From assembly GCA_040437565.1 (NCBI GenBank), contig JBDOQK010000019.1, positions 248,001 to 312,000 of the forward strand: 64,000 nucleotides of DNA, in the 5' to 3' direction. Positions 22,797 to 34,678 of the stretch are shown piece after piece. This DNA comes from Albugo candida (Eukaryota). The position numbers and the translations under genes were made by a program. Every line of letters begins with the position of its first letter. The stretch's first letter is position 1. The notes under the pieces are model-generated. The model did no database searches. It was not told where the DNA came from and worked only from the letters and a program-made list of their open reading frames with translations.

Positions 22797-25700
22797 ATGA
22801 CAAATGCGTCATCTTCGACAATTCGCTCCAAAAATGACGCATTTGCAAGTCTCAATATGATTTGTGCATTGATCGAACGAGGCGGACTTGACCGTAAGGC
22901 AAAACTAGAAAGCATGGGGAGGATTTGTCATGTTCGAAAGCTACAATTATGATTTTATTGGGGCTTATGCTCTCTGCGCATTAGGAGCTCAAAAATGATC
23001 CACTTGTGCTTGACTCTTTCTCCGCTGAACGCCTTATAAAGTGCGGATGTCGCTTTCTGATCGATTCAGACTCCTCGACGCGTGTCGGCGCCCTGCGAAT
23101 GTTTCGATATGCAATAGTCAGCAACCAAAGTGTCAAACAAGCAATCGACCTTGTAAGAATGTCATATGAAAGTCTCGTAGACGTGCTTATAATATATATA
23201 CGTTAGCATGTACAGCTTTTCGTCGTCAGGTCTCTGGAACGAGAGCAAAAGCTGCTTGCGGAAAGGGTACAAGCTCTGAAGGTCATTCGCCGAATCATGC
23301 AGATCGATGCCATGCAAATGCCGGCTAGTTTAGTCACATCTTTGGTCGCAGTCGCTAGTCACAAAGATGATAATATGCGTCGTCTCTGCCTGGAAACCAT
23401 TCGCGAACTGGCACTTTGCAATCTGCAAATTATCGCTGAAACAAATGGTGTCAAGGTACTCATTGACGCCATTCTCGAGCCTACTTTTCAGGTTTGTCAT
23501 GACATTGATTTCCCGTCGTGCTTTGATAATTTTGTGTGGTAGGACCTGGCAGATTCTTTGCTTATGACGCTTGTGATGCTGCTTAATGAACCTGCGACCA
23601 GGGCATACATCGAGCCCTTTATTGATACACAGGTGTTGCTAGCGCCTTTTACGGATACAGATGTTCCAGCAGGTAATGATCGTCGTCAGAAATGGATGGC
23701 AAGTCGGAATGCTGTTGTCAAACTGATGAGATCGTGGACGGTCAGTTTAAATAGCTTTGGTTGAATGTGAGCCTGAGTATGCTTATTAGGGAATCATGGT
23801 ATTGACATCAAATCCACAAGGCCTGTCTTCACTTATACAACTTCTCGTCCAACCTGTCGAAGAGGATGTGCAGATTGCTGTTCTTTCAACGATTTGCGAA
23901 ATATTTCTGAAAAAAATGCCAAATGATAAAAATGATACATTGATGGAAAGTTCAAGTCTGACATCGATGGACTGGATGCCGTTATATTCTCAGCATAATT
24001 TGCTGAATAATTATTTCGTCATTGTTCTGCTTGCTATGATGCATTGTGGGATTTTGGAAGCTCTCATCACACTCGGTCAGGGATCCAATCGATGTCTTGC
24101 TGAGCCCGCGATCAATCTACTTGCCGACATTCTACGCATGGCATCAAGGCTTCTCCCCGACAGACACTGCGCTACTCTATTGTCGCTTCCACAACTCGTA
24201 TCAGCATCATCTTTGACGACCACCCAAACTACTCGCAATCAATTCAAAAATATCATGAATCGAAGCGAGCGAGAGAAATCCATTCGATCTTCCGAGATGC
24301 TTGGAGAATTAGCGTCTGCCGTGCGCGCTAGTCTGAACGCTGGAAATAGCTCTGTGTCGATAGTCTCATATGGAGGAAGTGGAATCAATGGCGTGCAACT
24401 GGCATCCAAACTTTTACAAGATACCAATCGACCACAAAATCTTCCTCATGCCAGTCGCGTAGTTCCCAGTGCTACTGGAAGTAATTCTCGAAAGGGCTCG
24501 ATCACCAGTAATCTCACATCTCGCGAGTTGATGGTTCAGGAGCTCAAACGGAGTATGGATGCACAAATGGATGATACCACGTTTAAGGGTATGCTNNNNN
24601 NNNNNNNNNNNNNNNNNNNNNNNNNNNNNNNNNNNNNNNNNNNNNNNNNNNNNNNNNNNNNNNNNNNNNNNNNNNNNNNNNNNNNNNNNNNNNNNGCCCT
24701 TTATTGATACACAGGTGTTGCTAGCGCCTTTTACGGATACAGATGTTCCAGCAGGTAATGATCGTCGTCAGAAATGGATGGCAAGTCGGAATGCTGTTGT
24801 CAAACTGATGAGATCGTGGACGGTCAGTTTAAATAGCTTTGGTTGAATGTGAGCCTGAGTATGCTTATTAGGGAATCATGGTATTGACATCAAATCCACA
24901 AGGCCTGTCTTCACTTATACAACTTCTCGTCCAACCTGTCGAAGAGGATGTGCAGATTGCTGTTCTTTCAACGATTTGCGAAATATTTCTGAAAAAAATG
25001 CCAAATGATAAAAATGATACATTGATGGAAAGTTCAAGTCTGACATCGATGGACTGGATGCCGTTATATTCTCAGCATAATTTGCTGAATAATTATTTCG
25101 TCATTGTTCTGCTTGCTATGATGCATTGTGGGATTTTGGAAGCTCTCATCACACTCGGTCAGGGATCCAATCGATGTCTTGCTGAGCCCGCGATCAATCT
25201 ACTTGCCGACATTCTACGCATGGCATCAAGGCTTCTCCCCGACAGACACTGCGCTACTCTATTGTCGCTTCCACAACTCGTATCAGCATCATCTTTGACG
25301 ACCACCCAAACTACTCGCAATCAATTCAAAAATATCATGAATCGAAGCGAGCGAGAGAAATCCATTCGATCTTCCGAGATGCTTGGAGAATTAGCGTCTG
25401 CCGTGCGCGCTAGTCTGAACGCTGGAAATAGCTCTGTGTCGATAGTCTCATATGGAGGAAGTGGAATCAATGGCGTGCAACTGGCATCCAAACTTTTACA
25501 AGATACCAATCGACCACAAAATCTTCCTCATGCCAGTCGCGTAGTTCCCAGTGCTACTGGAAGTAATTCTCGAAAGGGCTCGATCACCAGTAATCTCAAC
25601 TCGCGAGATGGTTCAGGAGCTCAAACGGAGTATGGATGCACAAATGGATGATACCACGTTTAAGGGTATGCTTCACAATCGCTCACGTGTTTTGACGGAG

Positions 25701-28646
25701 AAGAATTGGACCAAATGGAATTGGGACATTATCTCAGAACTTTTGGAAGGGCCTCTGACAAATCCTCAGCGATTATCTGAAGCAATGAAAACCAAATTTT
25801 TCAAACGTTTATCCGGATTCTTCCGTTGTGACCCTGGGAACAAAGGCTACTTTTCTCAACTTGCGTGGATTCCTGATTTTGTACCATTTTTACGTCCGGC
25901 CTGCCAGATGTATACATTATTGCTCAATCATCCAGAAGGATTATTGTTTCTCAAAACGGACCGCCGTGGGCAGCTTCTTACTGAGATTTCAGCCGCTTTG
26001 GAGCTGGAAGCTCGTCCGGAAGCTGCGATCGTGGAATCTCACATAGGAGCTTTGAAAGCTCGGATGTTTTCGCCTGAATACTGCTCAAGGCGTATGCTGC
26101 GTGAATATTTCACCCTGCTTGGCTTGATGAGCTCAAGTAAAGAAGGTTTGAAGATGATGGAGCAATCAAATCTGTTCCAGCGGTTGTACGTGATGGGTAC
26201 GACCAAAGGACATGAGTTTCTGTGTCGGCTGATTCTGGAAAATCTGGATTATTCAGTGGACGGAAGCTCGCGAAAATTACTGCATTCATGGATGACAGAA
26301 GGATCCAAAGCTCTACGGCTGTACGCGACCTGCTTGTTACGCGCACTCTTGCGATCTGAGGTCGCTGATTTCGAGAAATGGGGCATCGACGCGCTGGTCA
26401 CGCAACTAACACAGGAAGAGGAAGTCGCAAAAGCGGCCTTGAGTGTTTTAGAGGAGGCTGCTGAGAAGGAAGAATGCTTACATGCAATGATCATGAAGCG
26501 TCCGACCAGACTTGTACAATTACGTGACAAACGAGCTGAAGCACTGTTGCTGAAATTCTTGTCGCTTGCAGAAGGACTTGCATTTCTGAAAGATTCGGGG
26601 GATTGGATTCCGCGGATGTTGACATCCTGGCGACGCGAACGTCATATTTCATATGTGCACGCTGTTGAGAATGCTCTTTTTTGTGGTTTGAATCGGGATA
26701 TATGTGGCCGAGAACGCAATTGCTCTATTCCCGGTAGCGTACGAAGTTGTTCTCCAAAACCAATTCCTGTGAATGTGCCTTTGAAGCGTGGAGGTAGCTC
26801 AAGACACGGAAGCCAACGATCACTATGGGCTTTGGATTGGTTGTACCGAATGCCTTGGAATATGGAAGTCAAAATCGTCGGTCCACCTGGTAGTGGTCCT
26901 CCTTCCAATCTGATTCTTGAAACATTTATTGATGGCTCCACAATCGACAATGATGACCCCTCTTTGGAAGAGACTGACCGTCTAAATAACTCGATACGAG
27001 TGAAAGGGATAGTGGTGGACGCACGAAATATGCCTCAACCAGTTGTAGTCAACTCACAGCAGACATTGCAAGCGTGTCTTTTCCTCGGGACGCAACCGGT
27101 GGATCGATATGGCTTCACAAAACCTTTACCTCAAAGCAATGGTGGCTTTGTGATGTCTTCTGCGAGTTTCAATTCAGATTCCCAGCTTCGTGATCGGACC
27201 GGAAAGGTGCGCTCATACTCCAGTGTCGGTGGCGATCGATCTTCAGAAACGAATATTGTAAGCCCGCTTGATTTTCCAGACCCATCCGTGCCGATACCAG
27301 AGGTCGCAACGGAGGAGAATAAAGACTGGAGCTCCTGTCCACCAGAGCAACGATCACCACAGTACCTAGTGGCCCCTGAATGCTCCATCTGTGGTCCTGG
27401 TGAGCGAGCAGTATGGAATTTTCGAGTCGAAATGGATAATGTGACAGGTGTTGTGAAGCGTGTGCTTCTCAAATCAGTTGAATTCACTCTGCAATTATTA
27501 CCACTGCGGCCAAGGACAGTACCCCTTCCACCGCACCTTTACGGAGAGCTTGCAAAGACAAGCTACGGGTGCCAGATTTTGCATGCGTCTGGTCATATAC
27601 CCGAATTTATTGCAAGTTTACGCGATCGCGCAAGCGTACCACTTGAAAAAAGAGCTGCTTTATGGGCATTGGGTCACATTGCCGCGACTTCACGAGGATA
27701 CGACTTGATTCATCATTACGCTCATGACGTACTGGATCTTATCAGCAAGCTTGCTATCGAGTCTTTGCTCGTCTCAGTCCGTGGAACTTGTTTCTTCGTG
27801 CTCGGTTTGGTTTCTCGGTCAGGATCAGGTCAAAGAAGCTTGGCTCAGCTTGGCTGGGTATCTCCGCGAGAATCCAATGTCGCAATATCAATCCCTCAAG
27901 ACTGCACGTCACTATTTCTGTGGCCTCCTGCACCAGTTATGGAAAACAAAGCTGATCCTACTGAAAGTACTAAAAAAGGGGAGCCAGTCACCATCACGCC
28001 ATCATCCTCTCTGCAATCTCTTCTAACCAATGTGCCCTCCGAGTGGCGCGAGATATTGAGACTCATTGCCGATTTGAGTAATCATATCACTCAAAAAGAT
28101 GCTCATTCAGGAATCAATAAGTTAAAGACCACCAAGCCACACTTATTTGAAGATCCGAAATTGCTATTATATGTGCACGCATTGCTTGAAAAGTACACGT
28201 ACCGATTGGTGTTGCGGCAGTTCATACTGAATGCATTTGATCGCGCAGTGCTCACTAATGAAGTGCTCGAAATGGTGCTCAACATTCGAAAGAAAGTTGA
28301 CTCAAGCTTTGAAACTGAACGTAATGGAACCCGTCGTCGATCCTCACCTTCCATCCCGTCATTTACATCCTCTATTCACTCATTCAATGCTGCGATGAAT
28401 AGTAATGTTGCGAATCGATTTTCAGTGGTCAATGGCTTGGGAGGATACCCAATACCATCTTCCAATCTTTTACCCAATGCAATGGGCGGAGACTTTGTTA
28501 GCGACCTGCGAAACACATCGGGACGATCCTCTACTTGGAAAAATCAAGATCGTGATGGCCGTACGGTGGTCTTGAAACGCAATCGTAAATTCTCTGTCAC
28601 AGCAGAACGAAAGATCTTTGTGGGTGCTCCAGAAGCAACTGTGTGA
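22797..28646 (+). CDS. RICTOR: RICTOR/Avo3 (TORC2 scaffold), multi-exon, interrupted by a gap and an artefactual ~980-bp duplication
   Basis: RSLEREQKLLAERVQALK, LVAVASHKDDNMRRLCLETIREL, SRVLTEKNWTKWNWDII, KTKFFKRL..FF, RLYATCLLRALL, WGIDALVTQL, PLPPHLYGELAKTSYG, KRAALWALGHI and SVRGTCFFVLGL are RICTOR_N/M/V family motifs. Confidence 0.92.
23614..25672. repeat. ~980-bp direct duplication (23614-24595 / 24696-25672) flanking 100-N gap inside RICTOR
   Basis: The copies give identical translations except for a 5-nt net indel near their 3' ends. Confidence 0.92.
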
Positions 28647-28736
28647 ATGTAACGCAATCACGACAGTTATGATATCATATAGCAAGATAATGTTGTATAT
28701 CGGTTATGATAGAGTTGGTGGTGCGAATTACGTTCC

Positions 28737-29740
28737 ATGATGCTGCATAATCTTTGGAGAGCATCTCCTTTATCCTCGCCCACAGCGTCTCAATTAATTC
28801 CTCTAGTGCGATATGCATCGAGTCAAGTAGGTATAAAAATGGACAACTTGGATGTACCTTCCAATTTATCTCTAGCACCTCAAAACCCAATTCCTGCGCC
28901 ACGATTAATCAAGAAAGCTTCGGAAGGTAGTAGAATTATACCTGCAAGGCTTCGACCTGAATTTAATGTTTCTTTAGTTATCTATGACGATATTGGTCGA
29001 CCAATTGTCAACATGCTGAGCTTCAAAGACGAATCTGTGGTGAACTCCTTGGCTTTGGATCCAAGCGTTTTCAATGCACCACTACGAAAAGATATTTTAC
29101 ATCGTGTAGTACGATGGCAACTGGCATGTCGTCGGTCTGGAAATCATAAAGCTAAATCACGCTCGGAAACTAGAGGGTCCACTCGAAAAGTTCGGCCTCA
29201 AAAAGGAGGCGGTCAGGCTCGTGTTGGTGACCTGCGGTATTGCCTCTCTGAGTTTTTCTTGATTGTCAACTCATTTTACTTCACAGCGCTCCGCAATGGC
29301 GTGGAGGATACTGCGTGCATGGACCTGTTGTCCGTGATCATTCATACACACTACAAAAGAAAGGTGTTATACATGTATTGTGTCAAAGCAACCATCATGA
29401 CTGATTAGCTTTATTCCATGTAGTGAGGGCAATGGGAATTCGTGTCGCTCTATCAGAAAAACTTCGCGAAGGAAAGCTTGCTATTGTGGAAAATCTTGAC
29501 TGGGATATCGTGAAAACGAAAGAACTGAGGGACCTATTGAAGGCACGAAATTGGGATAATGCGTTGTTCGTTGATGGAGAAGAAGTGACGACTAACTTTA
29601 TTCTATCATCACGGAACATTCCATGCATCGATGTTATTCCTCAACATAAGATCAACGTTTACTCTATTCTCAAACGAGATCTACTAATCTCAACCGTGGA
29701 TGCCATAAAGTATTTCGAAGATCGATTCCATGTAGATTAG
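28737..29740 (+). CDS. MRPL4: Mitochondrial large-subunit ribosomal protein uL4m, 3 exons
   Basis: RKDILHRVVRWQLACRRSGNHKAKSRSETRGSTRKVRPQKGGGQARVG / APQWRGG / GIRVALSEK / INVYSILKRDLL, with an N-terminal presequence-like extension. Confidence 0.92.
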
Positions 29741-29750
29741 CTTTGCTATG

Positions 29751-29982
29751 ATGAAGACTGTGTTTTCATTTAGAATAAATATACGCATTCTGACATCAGA
29801 TTTTATTTCCATTTGANNNNNNNNNNNNNNNNNNNNNNNNNNNNNNNNNNNNNNNNNNNNNNNNNNNNNNNNNNNNNNNNNNNNNNNNNNNNNNNNNNNN
29901 NNNNNNNNNNNNNNNNATGAAGACTGTGTTTTCATTTAGAATAAATATACGCATTCTGACATCAGATTTTATTTCCATTTGA
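29751..29982. repeat. 66-bp direct duplication flanking 100-N gap (29817-29916)
   Basis: 29751-29816 is repeated from 29917. Confidence 0.9.
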
Positions 29983-30309
29983 CCTTTATAGCCTACCGCT
30001 CGCTGCCAGATGATTCTGTGCTTAGATGCAGTGTCACAACTTTCCAGGAAATGTTCAAGTTGCTTTATATCGTGAAACCATTCGCCTCTTCATTGCTCGA
30101 TAAACCATAGAATGAAGTCGTTAGGAGGCTGGCATTAATATCTATCAGGAGCTACAGCCATACATGATACTTGACTTATAAGCAATAGCGATACAGAACG
30201 AACGTGCAGACTTCCTAGCTTCTGGATCGACATAAAGTATATTATTTAGTTATTGAAGGCATCCACAAGTGCGTATTAGCTGCAGGGTACTCCTTTATCA
30301 TTCACTGAG

Positions 30310-32714
30310 CTAAAATTTTGTTTGAAATCGCCGGCGAAATATTTCCAATCGCTCGCGTAGATTTTCAATCGTTTTGTTTTTCTGCAGCAAAATCTGATAC
30401 AAGCCAAAATCAATACAGACAAAAGTTCAACTGAAACCACAAATACCTCATCCAGACGATTTGTATACTTAACGATCTCACACTCAGCTACATTAGCTGC
30501 TTGCATATCGGCAAGAAGAGCACCTTCTTCTGTCAAAAGCTCAGCACTTTCCTGAAAAAGTCACAATTCTTAGAAGGCAACTCAAATGTATAATCGATGA
30601 GATTTGTACTTGTATTGCGCTCATGTGTGCGTTGAGCACGCTCTCTTGCTCTTGATACAGCGTCTGTACCTGCATTACATCCCTCTCAACTTGACAAATA
30701 GTTTGTGTTGTGAAATACGTACAACGCCATGTGTGTTCTCGCTCACTGCAGCCTCGTCATCCATTTTCGTGAGTTCTTGATCAGCTTCGATTTTGTTTGC
30801 ACGAAGTATCCTCGGTGCTTCAACATCCTGTCCTGGTCCGATTGCTCCATGATTCGGCTTCTTTCTAGTTGGAGTCTCAGTATCAGTCAAATGTATGTGG
30901 TCGTCACTGGATTCCAACGGCATCTTCTCTGCGTTTTCAGTATCTGTGGATACATAGACCTCATTAAAAATTCACTCCTCCCAGCCGTTGATCTACTACC
31001 TGACTCAAAAACGATATCATTAATGTCAACAGCTGGTGTTTCTTCAAAGAAAAATGCATTGGTTGCAACGTGTTTCTCCTTAACTCGATCCGCATATCGC
31101 AGTGTGTTAATTGTGTGGTCAGCCGAAGACTGGCAGGGTGACACCGTCGCGATCATGACTGTCCTATAAGTGATCATGTTACACAGGCAAGAGTGCATCG
31201 TGTGCCATAGAAAGCTTCAGATACCTGGCTTGTGAGTTTGTAAATGAGTCCTTCAAGACCTGAGTTAGTTTGCTGGCTCGAAATGGAATGTGGATACCTC
31301 GCCCTCCGCTATCCAACGCTCTATATAATCAAATTCGAGTGAGTCGAGAGTCAACTGAAACAGAGATCAGGCAAAACCGAAAGCATTCTTTCAGTGCCAG
31401 CAGGCTCTTATTGATCTCGGACGACTCCATGCGACGATCCCGATCGTGATTTTTCACATCAGTTCCTCGTTCGCTGCCAGCGAGATCGATCAGAGAAAGC
31501 TTTCCTTGAAGTTGATAATCATTGTCTTTATCTCGAAGAGAAATCTGACAAATGCAATGCGACCGAGAGGATACATCGTTCACTTCAGTAGCATGAGTTG
31601 TGCGCAAAGCATTTCCTTTCTGAATAAATTGCATTAATTCAGCGACATTTGTTACTTGGACTTCTTCCAAATCGACCACTTGAACTTCTCCATTTCCATC
31701 TTCTCTTATCGTAAGTCTCTTCCGATGTAATAGATCCTGACATCTTCCACCATATATTTCGAAAAAACTCAAGTAAATATGAAGGTCTGCTCGTCTACCA
31801 CAACATTAATGCTTTAGCTCAAGACTGAATAAATTTTTATGGATGGACCTTTTTTGGGCTTCATGTACTTGATCAAAAATATCCACCGCAATTTGTGTTT
31901 GTATCCCTTGCATTGTATATGTCTTACCGCTACCTGTCTGTCCGTACCTGCCTCATGAGTTAGCCTTGATCTTTTCATAGGACAAAGTAATGACATACGC
32001 AAAGACAGTAGCTCTTCCACCCTCTTCACAGACAAATTTGACCAGCGGTTTAGCTGTATACATGTACACAAGCTCGTTTGTACTGGATTCATCAAAAGTC
32101 TTGAAGCGCAGCAAATATCAGCCAGCGCCTCGTGGAAGCTGCGATAACGTACATGATCAAATCGGAATGCATTACTATCAAGATATTTTGTTATTCCATC
32201 GACTTTAAGTTTACAATCGTGTACGATAGCCATCGGGTTGAGGCAGGTGACGGCATCAAAATCTCTTTTCTTTGTTTCTTTAGCATTCACAGGCCGTTTA
32301 CGTACACAGATTGTAATCTTTGTTTCCCCTGGTTCGTCATGTGCTTCAATGCGAGATCTATTCTGCTCCCGAAATGCACGAATCATGCGTTGGAAATCCA
32401 CATCGCCAGGTTGTCCCATTTTCTCCAGTAAATGACTCTCTTTCTGCCGCTCCTTTTTCGCAGCAGCCATCGCACGTCGTCTATCTTTACGGTCCTTCTC
32501 AATCTGTAAAAATCGTGAGGAAGTTACATTAGAATCGGATGTAGTCGGCTACCTTTGCGATCGCGGCGATAGTGGGCTTTGTACGTTGCGGTGCTGTAGA
32601 TGGATGACTGGATCCCATGGAGTGATCTGAATGATTTGCAGTCGCTGCATTACAGCCTTCGCGAGTAAGGCTTGCTCGTCGCGGCATCTGCGTTCCTGCC
32701 GGCGGTTTCGGCTC
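30310..32714 (-). CDS. Kinesin-13 family microtubule depolymerase (KIF2/MCAK/KIF24-like), multi-exon; 5' end unresolved
   Basis: [19 protein letters not shown] (KVD finger), [10 protein letters not shown] (split by an intron), [45 protein letters not shown] and [14 protein letters not shown]. Stop TAG at 30310-30312. Confidence 0.92.
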
Positions 32715-32958
32715 CTACAGCACTCGTCTTAAAGGGTCATTTATTTGGAGCTACCCGAAACGAGAGAAGTGTGTATAGCTATACGTATATGCTTTTACTT
32801 AGCAGTTCGGAGATCTAATCAGGAATGGTTTGAAACGATTGATCCTTGGAATTTGCTTTTAAGAACACAAGAGCAGATATTTTCCGAGCGGAAAACTACG
32901 TATAGTCAAGAGGATAAGTTTTTTTTGCATTATCTATTAGTAATCAATCGAGTGCTTG

Positions 32959-33501
32959 TCAGCATAAAGTAGTAAAATTTCTGGCGTGTGATTTTTGAGC
33001 TGGCGGAAACCCATCAATTTTCAAGTCCGATTTCTGGATACCATCCATCACTCTGTGAAAAATTGCCGCTGTTGCGAGCAAGGAAGCGAGTAAGACCACG
33101 TTTAAAAAATGAATTATCCATATCATAGTATCGAGCACAGCGCTTTGATCTTCAAGGCATGTATTTGAGAACGATGCTGCTTGCAAAAGTGATTGAATTA
33201 CAAAAATGGAGATCATCAAAATAAGCTGCAGAATCGATAGCATGAAGAAGCCGGTCAAGCTCAGATTCAAGCGATTTTCGTCGAAGATATATAAGCGGAT
33301 GATAGAGCTAATGGAAACCACGGCAAAGATGACCAAAGAATAATAATAGCTGACTCTTGAGACCGATTCATCTCGATCGAATGCACACGAAGTGATTGAG
33401 TTATGGGCTAGCATATAGATAAATAATGAGATTGAAAATGTCAAACTCGCACCTTCCCAGAGAGGTACAGATTTAGCTAGCTGATACGAGATTTCGCCCA
33501 T
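32959..33501 (-). CDS. Hypothetical integral membrane protein (~4 TM helices)
   Basis: Four hydrophobic stretches (SLTFSISLFIYML, YYYSLVIFAVVSISSII, GFFMLSILQLILMISIFVI, IWIIHFLNVVLLASLLATAAIF). First ATG at 33501. Confidence 0.6.
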   Translation of the reverse strand: MGEISYQLAKSVPLWEGASLTFSISLFIYMLAHNSITSCAFDRDESVSRVSYYYSLVIFAVVSISSIIRLYIFDENRLNLSLTGFFMLSILQLILMISIFVIQSLLQAASFSNTCLEDQSAVLDTMIWIIHFLNVVLLASLLATAAIFHRVMDGIQKSDLKIDGFPPAQKSHARNFTTLC

Positions 33502-34678
33502 TTGATGATCTTCTACAAAGCAAAATGGATAATGATCAAAATTATGATCTCTTCCTGCGGATGGCAAATGCTCAATCACATCAGTCAAATTTTGATGTGC
33601 TTATTTTGTAGATTTTATCGGTGATTGACGACTCATTGCCGTTCCCAGAAAATTCAAGCTTGACGAATGATCAGCGAAACAAAACTCGGAAGTCTACAAT
33701 GAAGAGTGACTCATCACTCAAGTTTATTCAATATTTTACTGCGACAAAAAATTTGGAGCCTATTACCAGAGATCGGCTGGTAGCTTTGCGCATTTCTACT
33801 TATGCCATGTTATATGCGAACTTCAGCGAACGTGCACAAGTCGTCCCTTCTGCTATCAAGTGTTCCAGAAAAAAAAGAATGACTCACGATAGGGTGGACA
33901 TATATCACACCTATTGATTTGGAAGAAAGTGCTCTGTCGCAGCATCCCTATTTTTCTTGCTTTCGTACTGATATACAAAGTATCCCTTGTGATGTTCCAT
34001 ACTATTTAAAATCTTCTAGCTTTTGTCCAATTCGACCCACGTACTGCAGAACATACCAAGTGAGTCAAGCTCTACAGTTTTTTTCCAGTCCACAACCAGG
34101 TCAGCGTATTGATTGTCTTATGCCGACGGTCACAACTACCGATCAAGCCACGTAATCAATTTGTACAGCGGACATGGGATGGATGCCTGCAAGTGCTCTC
34201 TTCTGTTACGAACTAAACATGTTTTCCCAAACTTTCGAGCTATGCTGCCCGGGTTCACAAGATTGAGTACGTTAGTGTGATGCTTACTTCGGATCGAGTT
34301 GAGCAACTTCAATGATTACGAGCCACTGAGACAGGCGACAACGGCGTTATTTCCCAGATGAAAAAATAAATCCCAGAGTCAGAATGTGCTCTTTTTCTGT
34401 GATTTTGGATGCGATCGCAACGACACGCCACCATATGTTTGATCCCCGTAACGCATCCTACCCCTTTAGCGTAACATGTTTTTGGTTCAGCCTCCTATAT
34501 GGTTGTGCCTTTGCGCTGTCGAGTTTCCGATTCGCACGTTTCTACTTTTTTCCATGAAAATAGCAAAGTGATGAGCTCCAAAATTGACTAGGAGAAAGTT
34601 TTACTGTAACTTCTATAAACTTGATGGAAATTGCGCCGTAGTGCTGGCAATGCATATTCGTATTTCTCATTCAACGCA

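Noticed and set aside
23614-25672. Apparent tandem duplication or second paralog of RICTOR
   Set aside because: Near-identical copies abut a 100-N gap, as at all other gaps. Best explained as contig overlap.
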